Assembly (NCBI GenBank): GCA_944324105.1
Contig: CALUVA010000001.1
Span: 1 to 56,161 of the forward strand
Length of the DNA stretch: 56,161 nucleotides
From: an uncultured Elusimicrobiales bacterium
GTDB taxonomy: Bacteria; Elusimicrobiota; Elusimicrobia; Elusimicrobiales; Elusimicrobiaceae
Direction of reading: 5' to 3'
Shown: positions 39,552-48,702 of the stretch, in pieces
How the letters are laid out: the number at the start of each line of letters is the position of its first letter
Position numbering within the stretch: position 1 is the stretch's first letter
Notes under the pieces: model-generated
Database searches by the model: none
What the model was told of the DNA's origin: nothing
The model's input: only the letters and a program-made list of their open reading frames with translations
Translations under genes and position numbers: made by a program

Positions 39552-39776
39552 TTAATTGCTGGAGTTGATGCCGCCCACGATCTTCTGTTTGATGTTCTCA
39601 AACAATTCCGGCATCATGTTTTTTACCAGGGTACCCACCAGCAGCGCGATACCCACCACCACGCCGAGCATGATGATGTATTCAATCGTATTCTGGCCTT
39701 CTTTCTTTTTTACGCAGTCAAACGCAGCCGCTTTCAACGCGCCCAACTTGTTTTGCATGGCAATAATAAACTTCAT
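39552..39776 (-). CDS. flp: Flp pilin, probable major subunit
   Basis: KKEG|QNTIEY followed by a hydrophobic helix; strong AGGAGGA RBS. Confidence 0.88.
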   Translation of the reverse strand: MKFIIAMQNKLGALKAAAFDCVKKKEGQNTIEYIIMLGVVVGIALLVGTLVKNMMPELFENIKQKIVGGINSSN

Positions 39777-39800
39777 GGATTCCTCCTGATTTTTGTAAAA

Positions 39801-39995
39801 TTAACTATTTACATCGTACGTCGTCAAAATCAATTTTGCTCCCTGGTCAAATTGCTGCGGCACCAGGTTGGAATACAAAGCGTAGAACGCCAGAAATGCG
39901 CCGAACAAAAAACCTGCCGTAAGCACATATTCTATGGCGGTCTGCCCCCTGTGGGAACGTATATTATTTGTCGCCGCTTTGTACGCCTTTTTCAT
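39801..39995 (-). CDS. Flp-type pilin
   Basis: HRG|QTAIEY followed by a hydrophobic helix; GGGAGG RBS. Confidence 0.82.
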   Translation of the reverse strand: MKKAYKAATNNIRSHRGQTAIEYVLTAGFLFGAFLAFYALYSNLVPQQFDQGAKLILTTYDVNS

Positions 39996-40029
39996 AGAAC
40001 CTCCCGAAACTTACGTGTTTCGGCACGCG

Positions 40030-40998
40030 TTAGAACTGAATGCCTACTGTAATCTGCTGTGAAGTGCCCAGCGCGCCAAACGGTGTAACGGCATAATCTA
40101 TGCGCGCACCATAGCCGAAAAGTTCGGAACTGTAAATGCCGAAACCAAAAGACACTTTGGAGGTGCCGTCCAGCCCCAAGCTCTTAAGGGTTTCACTGTC
40201 ACTGTAACCGATGCTTTCGCGGTTATAATATCCCACGCGCAAGTCAAAACGGGCCACCTGGAGCAAATCTTCGGGAATATGGATTTCCAGGCCAACGCCG
40301 TAGCGGCCCTCGTCGTCCACATATTTCATATATTCGCCGGATACCGTCCAGTATTTGGTATTAATGTCCGCGCCCAAACGCCAGCCGCGGGGCATTTCGT
40401 CCTTATCGCCAATGTTCACAATCGCACCGCCCAGGCCCAGCCATTTCCAGGGGCGGGCTTTGGCACCCACGTCAAAACCCACATTGGTATAGCGGTAAGA
40501 GTCCAGCTTTTCATTAATATACTTAGCCGTGGCACCGATTTGCAGCCCTTGATTAAAAAATCCGCGCGCCAAAGACAGGCTGCCCACAAAGTTCTGCACC
40601 GGCGTACCCACTTCCGGCAACAACTGTCCCCATTCGTCGCGGTAATCAAAGCCGTCCATATCCATGTAGTTAAGCGTTACGCCGATAACCGTCTTGCCCA
40701 TAGGCTGCAAATACACCAACGTACGGGACTTATATCCCTGCAGGTAATCCTGGTAGCCAAGCTGAAGCTCTTTGGTCGTGGCCGAAGCCGCACCAGCCGG
40801 GTTCCAAAACAAAGCTTCCGGACCTTCGGCTATAGACACAAAAGCATTGCCCAAAGCCTGCGCCCGCGGGGAGCCGGCGTCAATCTTTAAGAAAGCGCTG
40901 GCGCTGGTACCGGCCTCGGAATAACTTTGGGCCACTGCGGCGGGAGCCGCCAAAGCCAGGGTTAAACAAGCAAACAGAACTGTGTTTTTCATCTTCAT
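40030..40998 (-). CDS. PorV/PorQ-like (FadL superfamily) outer-membrane beta-barrel
   Basis: Signal peptide; GTSASAFLKI..SPRAQALGNAF....EALFWNPAG; alternating beta-strands; C-terminal Phe (VGIQF). Confidence 0.85.
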   Translation of the reverse strand: MKMKNTVLFACLTLALAAPAAVAQSYSEAGTSASAFLKIDAGSPRAQALGNAFVSIAEGPEALFWNPAGAASATTKELQLGYQDYLQGYKSRTLVYLQPMGKTVIGVTLNYMDMDGFDYRDEWGQLLPEVGTPVQNFVGSLSLARGFFNQGLQIGATAKYINEKLDSYRYTNVGFDVGAKARPWKWLGLGGAIVNIGDKDEMPRGWRLGADINTKYWTVSGEYMKYVDDEGRYGVGLEIHIPEDLLQVARFDLRVGYYNRESIGYSDSETLKSLGLDGTSKVSFGFGIYSSELFGYGARIDYAVTPFGALGTSQQITVGIQF

Positions 40999-41008
40999 AA
41001 ATTCCTAA

Positions 41009-44000
41009 TTACCTGGGGATTAAGATTTTCACTACTTTTTGGCAGTGCTGTCTGCCATTGGAAGCCCGGAAATCCACCAGGCCGAAATATACACCGCGGG
41101 CCACTTTTTTGCCGTGGTCGTTGGTGCGGTCCCAGAAGCAGCGCAGGGCCGCATTACGCACGGTGGGCATTGTTCCTTCATAGGGCGTATTGCTGACGGT
41201 ATTATCCGGCTGCAGCTCTATGGAAGAGCCCATAGTTACGGTCATATTATTGGCGTCCACGCAGGTATATCCTCTGTCGCGCACCAAATCACCGGCCAGG
41301 TTGTAAAACTTAAGCGACATCGTACCCGGCACAGGCAGTTTAGTAACTTCCAGAGTACCGGTGGGCGTTTTAAACGGATTGGGATAGAAGAATACCGTCT
41401 TTTCCCAGTCTTCACAGACAAACTCTCCGTCGCCAATAGCCACCGTACCATGGTGCAAATTGACATATTCATTGGTGTCTGCCACCTTTTGAATACTCCA
41501 GTCCTCATAATTGTCGCTGGCGTCATTACCGCCCAGGATTTCACCAGTTACGCTGTCAATGTCAGCCGACTGCAGGGCCGTAACGAAGCGGAACGGATAA
41601 GTACCGTCCGGCACATCCTGCTGGGCATAATCTGTGCCGTCCCACAATTCTTCAATTAATGTGGTGGCAGGACGTATACCCACTATGGCGCGCACCAACA
41701 CGTCGCGAATATTGGTTACCTCTTTACCGGTGGCCGGGTCACGCAATGTACCTTTCTGATAATCATATATCGTGGTGCCCGGTTTAAAGATCTGTATGGC
41801 CACCTTCATCGGCACGGAAATCTGATATGAAATATTCATGTTGCTTCCGCGCGTATTAAGCGCATAAGCTTCCACTTCCGGCAAGTCATACACCTGCAGC
41901 AGATCCACACTTTGCGTAAGGGACTTGACGGTAGATTCATATAAGCCTTCATCTGGATAATTTTTGGCTGTCAGACGTATTTCATAGTTTCCATTGCGCA
42001 CATAATAGCCGTTATTGTCCGTGCCGTCCCAGTAAATTTTGCGCACCACATTGGGGTCAAAGTTAGGCGTATTGACAATAGTCATCGTACTCAAATACTT
42101 ACATACGTCTCCGGCGCGGGCATTATATTTTTCCGTATTGGGATCTCCGGCTACGGCAGGAGTATCGTTAACGGTACAAAGCCCGTCCTCCAAAGCCACG
42201 ATGGCCACTTCCACTGTAGCAGCGCGGGAGATGGCAAAGTTGATTTCATACGGCGGCACGAACACCGGGCCGGACGAGGTATTAAACAACTGCGGCGAAT
42301 TGGGATACACCGCTACGGAGCCGTCCAGGAAATACACCGGTCCGCGCGTAATATTGATGCGGTACGTCGGCTTATCCGTGGCATACAGACCGGTTTGGCG
42401 AACAATGTCTTCATCTTCCCGGTACGGCTGGGCCGTGCTGCTGTCATAGTACAGGCTGACGCCTTCTTCAGTCTGCGCCGATATATAGAACGGATAAGAA
42501 CCGTCCGGTATCATTTCATAGGGGCAGGCCGTCAGACTGGTCTGATTGGCGCATTCCTGCACCGCCTCTACCGTGTTTTTGCCGCCGTCCAGCACAGATA
42601 CGGGGGTGGGGTTGTAGAAATACTGCGCGTCCCATTCCTCAGTCTGCACCACGCCGTCTCCGGCTTTCAGCGAACTGTCGTTAAAGGTCTTTACCGGCTG
42701 CAGGCGCACGTCCAGCGTCTGGCTGGCTCCTTCGGTATAATTATACTCTGCGTCATTGGGGTTGGCCGGATAATTGGTAAACGTGGTATCGTTGACATAG
42801 ATACACTTCGGATTTTTGTCCGGATCCACATACCCGGCGGTAAAGTAGTCTATATCGGTCTGACGGTCGCACACGCGTGGCGGCCAGGACGTAATAGGCA
42901 CCGTATAAAGCAGGATTTCCTGCACGGTATACGTCTCCGTATTGGCCGCTTCGTCTACGGCGGTTATGTTTTTGAGTACGCGGTAGTAGGTATACGCCGT
43001 TCCCGTATTTACAGGCTCGGTATATAAGTACTCATACCCCACTTCATCGCCCTGTACATAATTGGTCGTAACAGTTGAGGGAACAGGCGCGCCGGAGGCC
43101 AAGTCGGGCAGTTCGCTTCTCAAATCATCCACAATTGCCTGTGGCACCGTACTTTGCTCTTCAGTCGTAGTTTCCCCGGTATCGGAATAGCTGGGAATGA
43201 CTACGTCCTTATTATATATATTGATTTGGACGTTCATGGCCTTGGACAGCGTATAACTGATGGTGGCGCGGGCCTCACTGTCTCCGTACACATCGGTGGT
43301 GCTCACATCCACCACGCGGTACAGGTCCACAGGGAACAGGGCCGAAGCCTGCGTCTGCACGCTCTGCGGGAACATCGGGTCTTTGGTGGTGACCACAAAC
43401 ATATACGTACCGGGGCCCACCATACGGCCCTGGTCGTCGCGGCCGTCCCAGGTCAGCGTGTTCATCTGTTGGGCGACATTGGTGTTGCCGCCTTCGTCCG
43501 TCAGCGTTTTGACGGTCAGTCCGGCGGTATTCTTTACATAGGCTTCCACCACGGCTTCGCGCGCGATGGAATAGCGGAACACAAACGGATCCAGACCGTA
43601 AGCCGTCGGGCTGGAGCCGATGGTGGAGTAGCTGACGGGCTGAATGGTAATATCCACCACGCCGCGCTCCACGGGCAGCGTGCCCGTATAATAACGCTGC
43701 GTCTTTACGCCGGTGTAGGTACCGTTTTGTTTGGTTGCAGCCGTATTGGTACCCTGGCCCATTTCCGTTTCCGTACAACCGGCCGGACGGGGATAGCAGG
43801 CCGCGCCGTTATAATATGTACTGGTATACGGCACTTCCGCCCACAGCACATACACATAGTCCCCGTCCGGCAAAGGCGCGCCGTTGGCATAAGAAATCAC
43901 ACAGTTTCCGTTTGTTACTGTACCGCCGTCAGGCGTACAGGTTCCTGCCGTTCCGTCAAACACGGTGCCGGTAATAGGCAGCTTGGTGCCATTCGGATAC

Positions 44001-45829
44001 GGAATGGCACAGCCGGCGGCATTATGGCACAGGCCGTCCCACTGGTCGGGATAGCTGGCGCCGCGGCCGCGCTGCTGATTATTGGAATAAACCACTACGC
44101 CGCTGTTATTGGCCACCGCCGGGCTGGTGCCCGTCGGCTGATGCCCCTGCGTGTATAAGCTGTCAAAAGTGGTGCCAGGAGAATACACTTCAAAGTATAC
44201 ATTGGAGGCTTCCGTAGGCACATAGCGCACCACGGCATACGCCGTGGACTGTTTGTTCAAGCCCTGCACCTGAATATCGGTCAGTTTCAGCGGGTCCAAA
44301 GACAGCTGACGCGTAACCGCGCGGGAAAAGTCCGTCCCCGGCCACTCGTCCTGGCTCTTGGCCTGTACGGACACCAAATAGTTGTTGGCGGGCAGCAGCC
44401 GGCCGGAATCGTCACGGCCGTCCCACGAATCAGATTCCACCACCGCGCTGTCTTCGTTGCTACCCTGCATTCCTTCGCCCAGGCGCGGCTGCCAGTCCAC
44501 CAGCGTGCGCACGACAGCCGCCTGATTTAACACCAATTCGGCGGCAGAATTTGAGATAATGCCATTATTCTTATCAGTATCAGTCCCGCTGTCACCGTCA
44601 TCACCGGTATAGGGCACTTGGGCAGAGGCGTCATAAATCTGAATTTTTACGTCGGCGTCTTTACTCAGGCGGTAGGCAATGGAATACGGCGTGGCCTGCA
44701 CGCCCGTAATATCCCCCACCACCGTAGGCGTGGTGCGCACGGTATGCACATTGGTTACGTCCACCTGAATGGGAAACTGGTTATTGCCGGGATACGGATA
44801 CGTCTGGTTAATGGAAATATTTTCTATGGCAATGCCATCGCCCGGGTATTCCGTATTAATGGTAGCGCGGAAACCAAACTGTCCGTTGGTTTTGCCGAAC
44901 TCGCCCTGAATTTCATAGGAGCCGTCCCACGGCGTGCAAAAACGGATCGGGTCATTATACCCTTTACCTGTTCCCTCGGCACGAACAATACAGTTTGTTT
45001 CACCGGCAAATTCTGTACTGCCACCTCTTCCACAGCTCAAAGCCGTCCCATTTAACCCCGAACAAACAGTGTCAGCGCTCGCACTAAAACTTCCTCCGAC
45101 AGTGTTTAAAGAGCGACACTTAAAATCTTTTGCATCATAATCCTCATCGCCATTGTCCTGATATATACATTCATAAGTCGGATTAGGACAGGTGCAGGAT
45201 GTTTCAAAGCTGCTGGTAGCTCCTAAACAACTGTACGAGGCGCACATATAGTCGGATAAATCTTGACTTCCAGTAGATCCGCCTATATTATTATCCAAAA
45301 TACTTTGGTAAATGGTGCGTACGGCAGGGTTGGTTTCCGGATTGGAAATATCCGCCCCGTTGCGGTACTTCACAATTTCAAACATAATGTTCTGAATTGG
45401 AAAAGAAATGGAGTATGTCGTCGCACCGTTGGGTTTATTGGTGCAGTATACGTCCATGCACAAGGCCAGGCAGTGATTGGGATATTTGTTCGCCTTCGTC
45501 GGTGACGGATACGGCTGGTCATACTCAATCAGTGCGGAGGTGTCCCACGGGTCATTGGTCTGATGATCCCCTACCTTGACAATGCCGCTCTTATAAGAAG
45601 CCTCAACAAAATCATTAGGATCCCAGTTGCAATATACATCATTGATTAGTGGGTTATCAGTAGTCCCGTCAATATAATACACGCCCGTGGAGCGGATTTC
45701 CGCCGTCTGGGCAAACGCGGGCGCGGCGAAGGCTAAACACAACAACGGCAAAACGGCCGCCAGGACCGCCCTGCCGGAGAAAACTTTCCAAAAATTTTTA
45801 CGTGTCATATATGTTATGTGGTATCCCAT
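41009..45829 (-). CDS. Large secreted protein with repeated FlgD-Ig-like modules and a T9SS-CTD-like C-terminus
   Basis: Signal peptide; about seven WDG.D..G...P.G.Y modules; terminal FYPNPF...FYNLAGDLVR...ARGVYF...KVVKILIPR; start may be 45808. Confidence 0.85.
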   Translation of the reverse strand: MGYHITYMTRKNFWKVFSGRAVLAAVLPLLCLAFAAPAFAQTAEIRSTGVYYIDGTTDNPLINDVYCNWDPNDFVEASYKSGIVKVGDHQTNDPWDTSALIEYDQPYPSPTKANKYPNHCLALCMDVYCTNKPNGATTYSISFPIQNIMFEIVKYRNGADISNPETNPAVRTIYQSILDNNIGGSTGSQDLSDYMCASYSCLGATSSFETSCTCPNPTYECIYQDNGDEDYDAKDFKCRSLNTVGGSFSASADTVCSGLNGTALSCGRGGSTEFAGETNCIVRAEGTGKGYNDPIRFCTPWDGSYEIQGEFGKTNGQFGFRATINTEYPGDGIAIENISINQTYPYPGNNQFPIQVDVTNVHTVRTTPTVVGDITGVQATPYSIAYRLSKDADVKIQIYDASAQVPYTGDDGDSGTDTDKNNGIISNSAAELVLNQAAVVRTLVDWQPRLGEGMQGSNEDSAVVESDSWDGRDDSGRLLPANNYLVSVQAKSQDEWPGTDFSRAVTRQLSLDPLKLTDIQVQGLNKQSTAYAVVRYVPTEASNVYFEVYSPGTTFDSLYTQGHQPTGTSPAVANNSGVVVYSNNQQRGRGASYPDQWDGLCHNAAGCAIPYPNGTKLPITGTVFDGTAGTCTPDGGTVTNGNCVISYANGAPLPDGDYVYVLWAEVPYTSTYYNGAACYPRPAGCTETEMGQGTNTAATKQNGTYTGVKTQRYYTGTLPVERGVVDITIQPVSYSTIGSSPTAYGLDPFVFRYSIAREAVVEAYVKNTAGLTVKTLTDEGGNTNVAQQMNTLTWDGRDDQGRMVGPGTYMFVVTTKDPMFPQSVQTQASALFPVDLYRVVDVSTTDVYGDSEARATISYTLSKAMNVQINIYNKDVVIPSYSDTGETTTEEQSTVPQAIVDDLRSELPDLASGAPVPSTVTTNYVQGDEVGYEYLYTEPVNTGTAYTYYRVLKNITAVDEAANTETYTVQEILLYTVPITSWPPRVCDRQTDIDYFTAGYVDPDKNPKCIYVNDTTFTNYPANPNDAEYNYTEGASQTLDVRLQPVKTFNDSSLKAGDGVVQTEEWDAQYFYNPTPVSVLDGGKNTVEAVQECANQTSLTACPYEMIPDGSYPFYISAQTEEGVSLYYDSSTAQPYREDEDIVRQTGLYATDKPTYRINITRGPVYFLDGSVAVYPNSPQLFNTSSGPVFVPPYEINFAISRAATVEVAIVALEDGLCTVNDTPAVAGDPNTEKYNARAGDVCKYLSTMTIVNTPNFDPNVVRKIYWDGTDNNGYYVRNGNYEIRLTAKNYPDEGLYESTVKSLTQSVDLLQVYDLPEVEAYALNTRGSNMNISYQISVPMKVAIQIFKPGTTIYDYQKGTLRDPATGKEVTNIRDVLVRAIVGIRPATTLIEELWDGTDYAQQDVPDGTYPFRFVTALQSADIDSVTGEILGGNDASDNYEDWSIQKVADTNEYVNLHHGTVAIGDGEFVCEDWEKTVFFYPNPFKTPTGTLEVTKLPVPGTMSLKFYNLAGDLVRDRGYTCVDANNMTVTMGSSIELQPDNTVSNTPYEGTMPTVRNAALRCFWDRTNDHGKKVARGVYFGLVDFRASNGRQHCQKVVKILIPR

Positions 45830-45906
45830 GTATAAAATAAAATCTTTCCACGGCTAAAAGCCGCCGGCACGTCTGTTTTTACGCGCGACGGAAAACTTAC
45901 TCTTAA

Positions 45907-45935
45907 ATTTTTGCAACTTTTGGCCTGATTGTCAA
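45907..45935 (-). promoter_or_regulatory. Possible promoter for the FlgD-Ig/PorV/Tad transcript
   Basis: Minus strand TTGACA (45935-45930), 17 nt ending in TGc, then AAAAAT (weak -10). Confidence 0.4.
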
Positions 45936-45960
45936 CTGTTTTATTATGTTTTTTTTCGTC

Positions 45961-45990
45961 TGTAGAGGAAAAAGCCTTTTTCCCTCTACA
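45961..45990 (-). terminator. Hairpin downstream of the diguanylate cyclase
   Basis: tgtagagg...cctctaca inverted repeat extended by A/T arms; no clear U-tract on the minus strand. Confidence 0.5.
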
Positions 45991-45994
45991 AAAG

Positions 45995-47494
45995 TTACTG
46001 CGGCAAGTCGTCAGCTATGTCGCGGTACACGGCAAAGGTGCCGCGGCGGCCGTTTTTGACCCAGTACAATGCTTTATCGGCTTTTTCAAATAGTTCCGCC
46101 GCCGTAGCTCCGTCCTGCGGGAAAACGGATATCCCCTGACTGATGCTCAGAGTTACTCGTTCGCCGTTTGTATAGCGGTCCGGCACGGCTATAGCGTTGA
46201 TGCGGTCTTTGAGGCGCTTGGCAATAATTTTAGCTTCTTCGCCGTTGGTACGGGGCAGCATGATAATCATTTCGTCCCCGCCGTAACGGCATGGGAAATC
46301 CGTCTGACGCAGGCTGGTGCGCAGCACACGGCTGACTTCTTTCAGTGCCCAGTCACCTATTTGATGACCGTAAGTGTCATTGATTTGTTTAAACAGATCA
46401 ATATCCAGTAAAATTACCGACATGACCAAATCAAAACGTTTGGATCGGTAAATTTCTTCGGCAAATTTTTCATTGAAGAAACGGCGAACGGGCAGTTTGG
46501 TCAGCTCGTCATAGTTGGACAGTTCCTGCACGCGCTCAAACAGGGCGGCATTATCTATGGCCAGGGCAATTTGGGAAGAAAACTGCTTCAAAGAAATGAA
46601 ATCTAAATAGTCAATACGACGGCGGGAAAGCAAATTGTCAAAAGTTAGGAAACCTACTTTATTACGCTGCACTTTCAGCGGAATATACACCACATTGTGA
46701 ATAGTACGGAAAGCGGCGCCTTTGTCAAACACATCGCGCAGCAGAGTGCGTTCATCCTCCGGCAAGTCATCACCGCTCTGACGGGTAACCTCACCGGAGA
46801 TATCCACCCCCAGAATGCTTTTGATTTTGGTGCCGTCATAATTGGTCTGGTACAGACGCACACGGTCAAAGCGAAAGTATTTTTGCACGCCCTGCAAAAT
46901 CAATTCCAGCCCGTCGGACAAACGCAGAGAAGTGGCAAAAATGGTGGCTAAATCATTAAGTGCGGTGGCGGTGTTTAAACGCTGGTTTTTAGCTTGGTCA
47001 ATTTCCGTATTGGTCAAATTATGGGATATTTCCGCCGCAACGGCCTTGATCATTTTCTTTTCTGCTTCACGGAATACGCGGTTTTTGCGGAAACGTTCCA
47101 GACGCAGTACGCCTACGCTGTCTTTAATAACGGTACGCACATCGTCGCCTTCCAATGTCAGGGCCGGGCGCTGCCATTTCAGCAGGACATATACGGCAGG
47201 ATAATTTAAATCAGTCGTATCGGCAATGCCGTCCTGCAGGAGTTTTTTCAGAAATTCAGGTTCATTTAAAACGGATATATCCTCCTGCATATCCATGCAG
47301 TATTCTTTTTTGCACATCATGTTTAAGGATAAAAGAGCGCGTTCCTGCTGCCAGTTAAAAAAATACACGCGGTCCAGTTTAAACAAATCCCGCAGTGCCG
47401 GCAACGCACATTCCAGCAGCTGGCGTTTGTTTTGAAAAGACTGGTTCAGCATTTTACTGAATTTAAACAGCGTGTACGCTTCTCTGTCAAACAT
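45995..47494 (-). CDS. GAF-domain diguanylate cyclase
   Basis: Two GAF-like regions, DELTKL, DIDLFKQINDTYGHQIGD, I-site RQTD, A-site GGDEM, ADKALY. Confidence 0.92.
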   Translation of the reverse strand: MFDREAYTLFKFSKMLNQSFQNKRQLLECALPALRDLFKLDRVYFFNWQQERALLSLNMMCKKEYCMDMQEDISVLNEPEFLKKLLQDGIADTTDLNYPAVYVLLKWQRPALTLEGDDVRTVIKDSVGVLRLERFRKNRVFREAEKKMIKAVAAEISHNLTNTEIDQAKNQRLNTATALNDLATIFATSLRLSDGLELILQGVQKYFRFDRVRLYQTNYDGTKIKSILGVDISGEVTRQSGDDLPEDERTLLRDVFDKGAAFRTIHNVVYIPLKVQRNKVGFLTFDNLLSRRRIDYLDFISLKQFSSQIALAIDNAALFERVQELSNYDELTKLPVRRFFNEKFAEEIYRSKRFDLVMSVILLDIDLFKQINDTYGHQIGDWALKEVSRVLRTSLRQTDFPCRYGGDEMIIMLPRTNGEEAKIIAKRLKDRINAIAVPDRYTNGERVTLSISQGISVFPQDGATAAELFEKADKALYWVKNGRRGTFAVYRDIADDLPQ

Positions 47495-47496
47495 GA

Positions 47497-48702
47497 TTAC
47501 CCCTCATAAAGCGACAGCAAATATTCCACTTCTTTGGCCGCTTTGTCCAACTCCACATCTAAGCTGGCCTGCGTGAAACGTCCCTCCACAATCTGCGTTG
47601 CGCAGACGGCCAGGATTTTGTTTAAAATTTCCACCACCGTGCCGGTAATGGTAATGTTGGGCAGTGTGCGCGCGCTGGCTAAAATACCCGAATACGTACG
47701 CAAACGCTGAGAAGAAGAAAAAATCAACTGTTCAAAGCTTTCTTCAAACGCGGGGAACACTTCCATCATGGCGGCATAGCGCATTTGATTGTCCGTGCGG
47801 GCGCACCATTTAATAAATTTCAAAGCAGTTTCTTTATCAGTACCGGCGGTGTTGATCATCAGGTTCATGCCCGACAGATACGCCTGGGGCGCTTCCCCCG
47901 TACGGGGCACGGGCAGAGTTTTGACGCGCACTCCCATTTTACCCTCGAAACTAGCTACCCCCTGCTTGCGAGAAATAAGCATACTGGCCTTGCCGGAAAG
48001 CATGGTGCCTAAACTGCCGCGTTCGCGCAAAATGGGCATATAGTTTTTTAGGGCCAGCGTAATATAATCTTTGACGCCTTCTTTAAACTGGGGCGTGCCA
48101 ATCAGCGTGCCGCGCAAATCCCCCGTGAACAAAGCCGCGCCGCGGCCCCAGATTTCCATAAAAGCGCTGCGCGTGGAAAGCGAACCGCGCCAATCGCTGT
48201 TCTGCATGGGGTAATATCCTTCCACATCTTTAAACTGCTCCCGCAGACGCGCACACACATCCAACAAGCCGTCCCACTGCGCCAAATCTTTTTCAGGATT
48301 GGAAGAAACCAGTTTCAAATGGTCGGCGCGGAAATGCAATGCGCTCATGTCAAACCACCACGGATAGGAATATAAATCTTTGGTGCCCGGCTTATAACAA
48401 TGCGGCCGAAGCGGGAACAGACAAGAGGACAAAGAGAGACCCGGATCCATTTTAGACAAATTTTCCGCCACGCCGGCGCGTGTTAAAAGCGCCGTCCAGT
48501 AATGCGGAATCTGCAGCAAATCCGGCACGACTTCCCCTTCAGCCGGGTTTCTTAGGGTAAAAATCTTCTTCCACAAAATATTGCGCGTAAACACCTGCAC
48601 GGTAATATCCGTTCCGGGATGTTCCTGTTTGAAGCGATGCACCAACAAGTTATAATCGGATTTGGTCCGCGCGCCGGAATCCGGCATGGCCCATAAAATC
48701 AT
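47497..48702 (-). CDS. Solute-binding-protein fold (sugar ABC SBP family 1-like), no signal peptide
   Basis: F..EHP...I.V, PDL, LYSYPW..D, GKASM, KETALKFIKW motifs; ATG directly follows the in-frame TAG of tsaD. Confidence 0.78.
   Translation of the reverse strand: MILWAMPDSGARTKSDYNLLVHRFKQEHPGTDITVQVFTRNILWKKIFTLRNPAEGEVVPDLLQIPHYWTALLTRAGVAENLSKMDPGLSLSSCLFPLRPHCYKPGTKDLYSYPWWFDMSALHFRADHLKLVSSNPEKDLAQWDGLLDVCARLREQFKDVEGYYPMQNSDWRGSLSTRSAFMEIWGRGAALFTGDLRGTLIGTPQFKEGVKDYITLALKNYMPILRERGSLGTMLSGKASMLISRKQGVASFEGKMGVRVKTLPVPRTGEAPQAYLSGMNLMINTAGTDKETALKFIKWCARTDNQMRYAAMMEVFPAFEESFEQLIFSSSQRLRTYSGILASARTLPNITITGTVVEILNKILAVCATQIVEGRFTQASLDVELDKAAKEVEYLLSLYEG

Noticed and set aside
40004-40023. 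ccgaaac-ttacgt-gtttcgg palindrome as a parS site
   Set aside because: Does not match TGTTTCACGTGAAACA (arms inverted); more likely an mRNA hairpin next to the pilin RBS
41009-45829. Diversity-generating retroelement target or flagellar hook-cap gene
   Set aside because: No reverse transcriptase or TR/VR repeat pair is seen; FlgD-Ig here is a repeated generic module with no flagellar genes nearby
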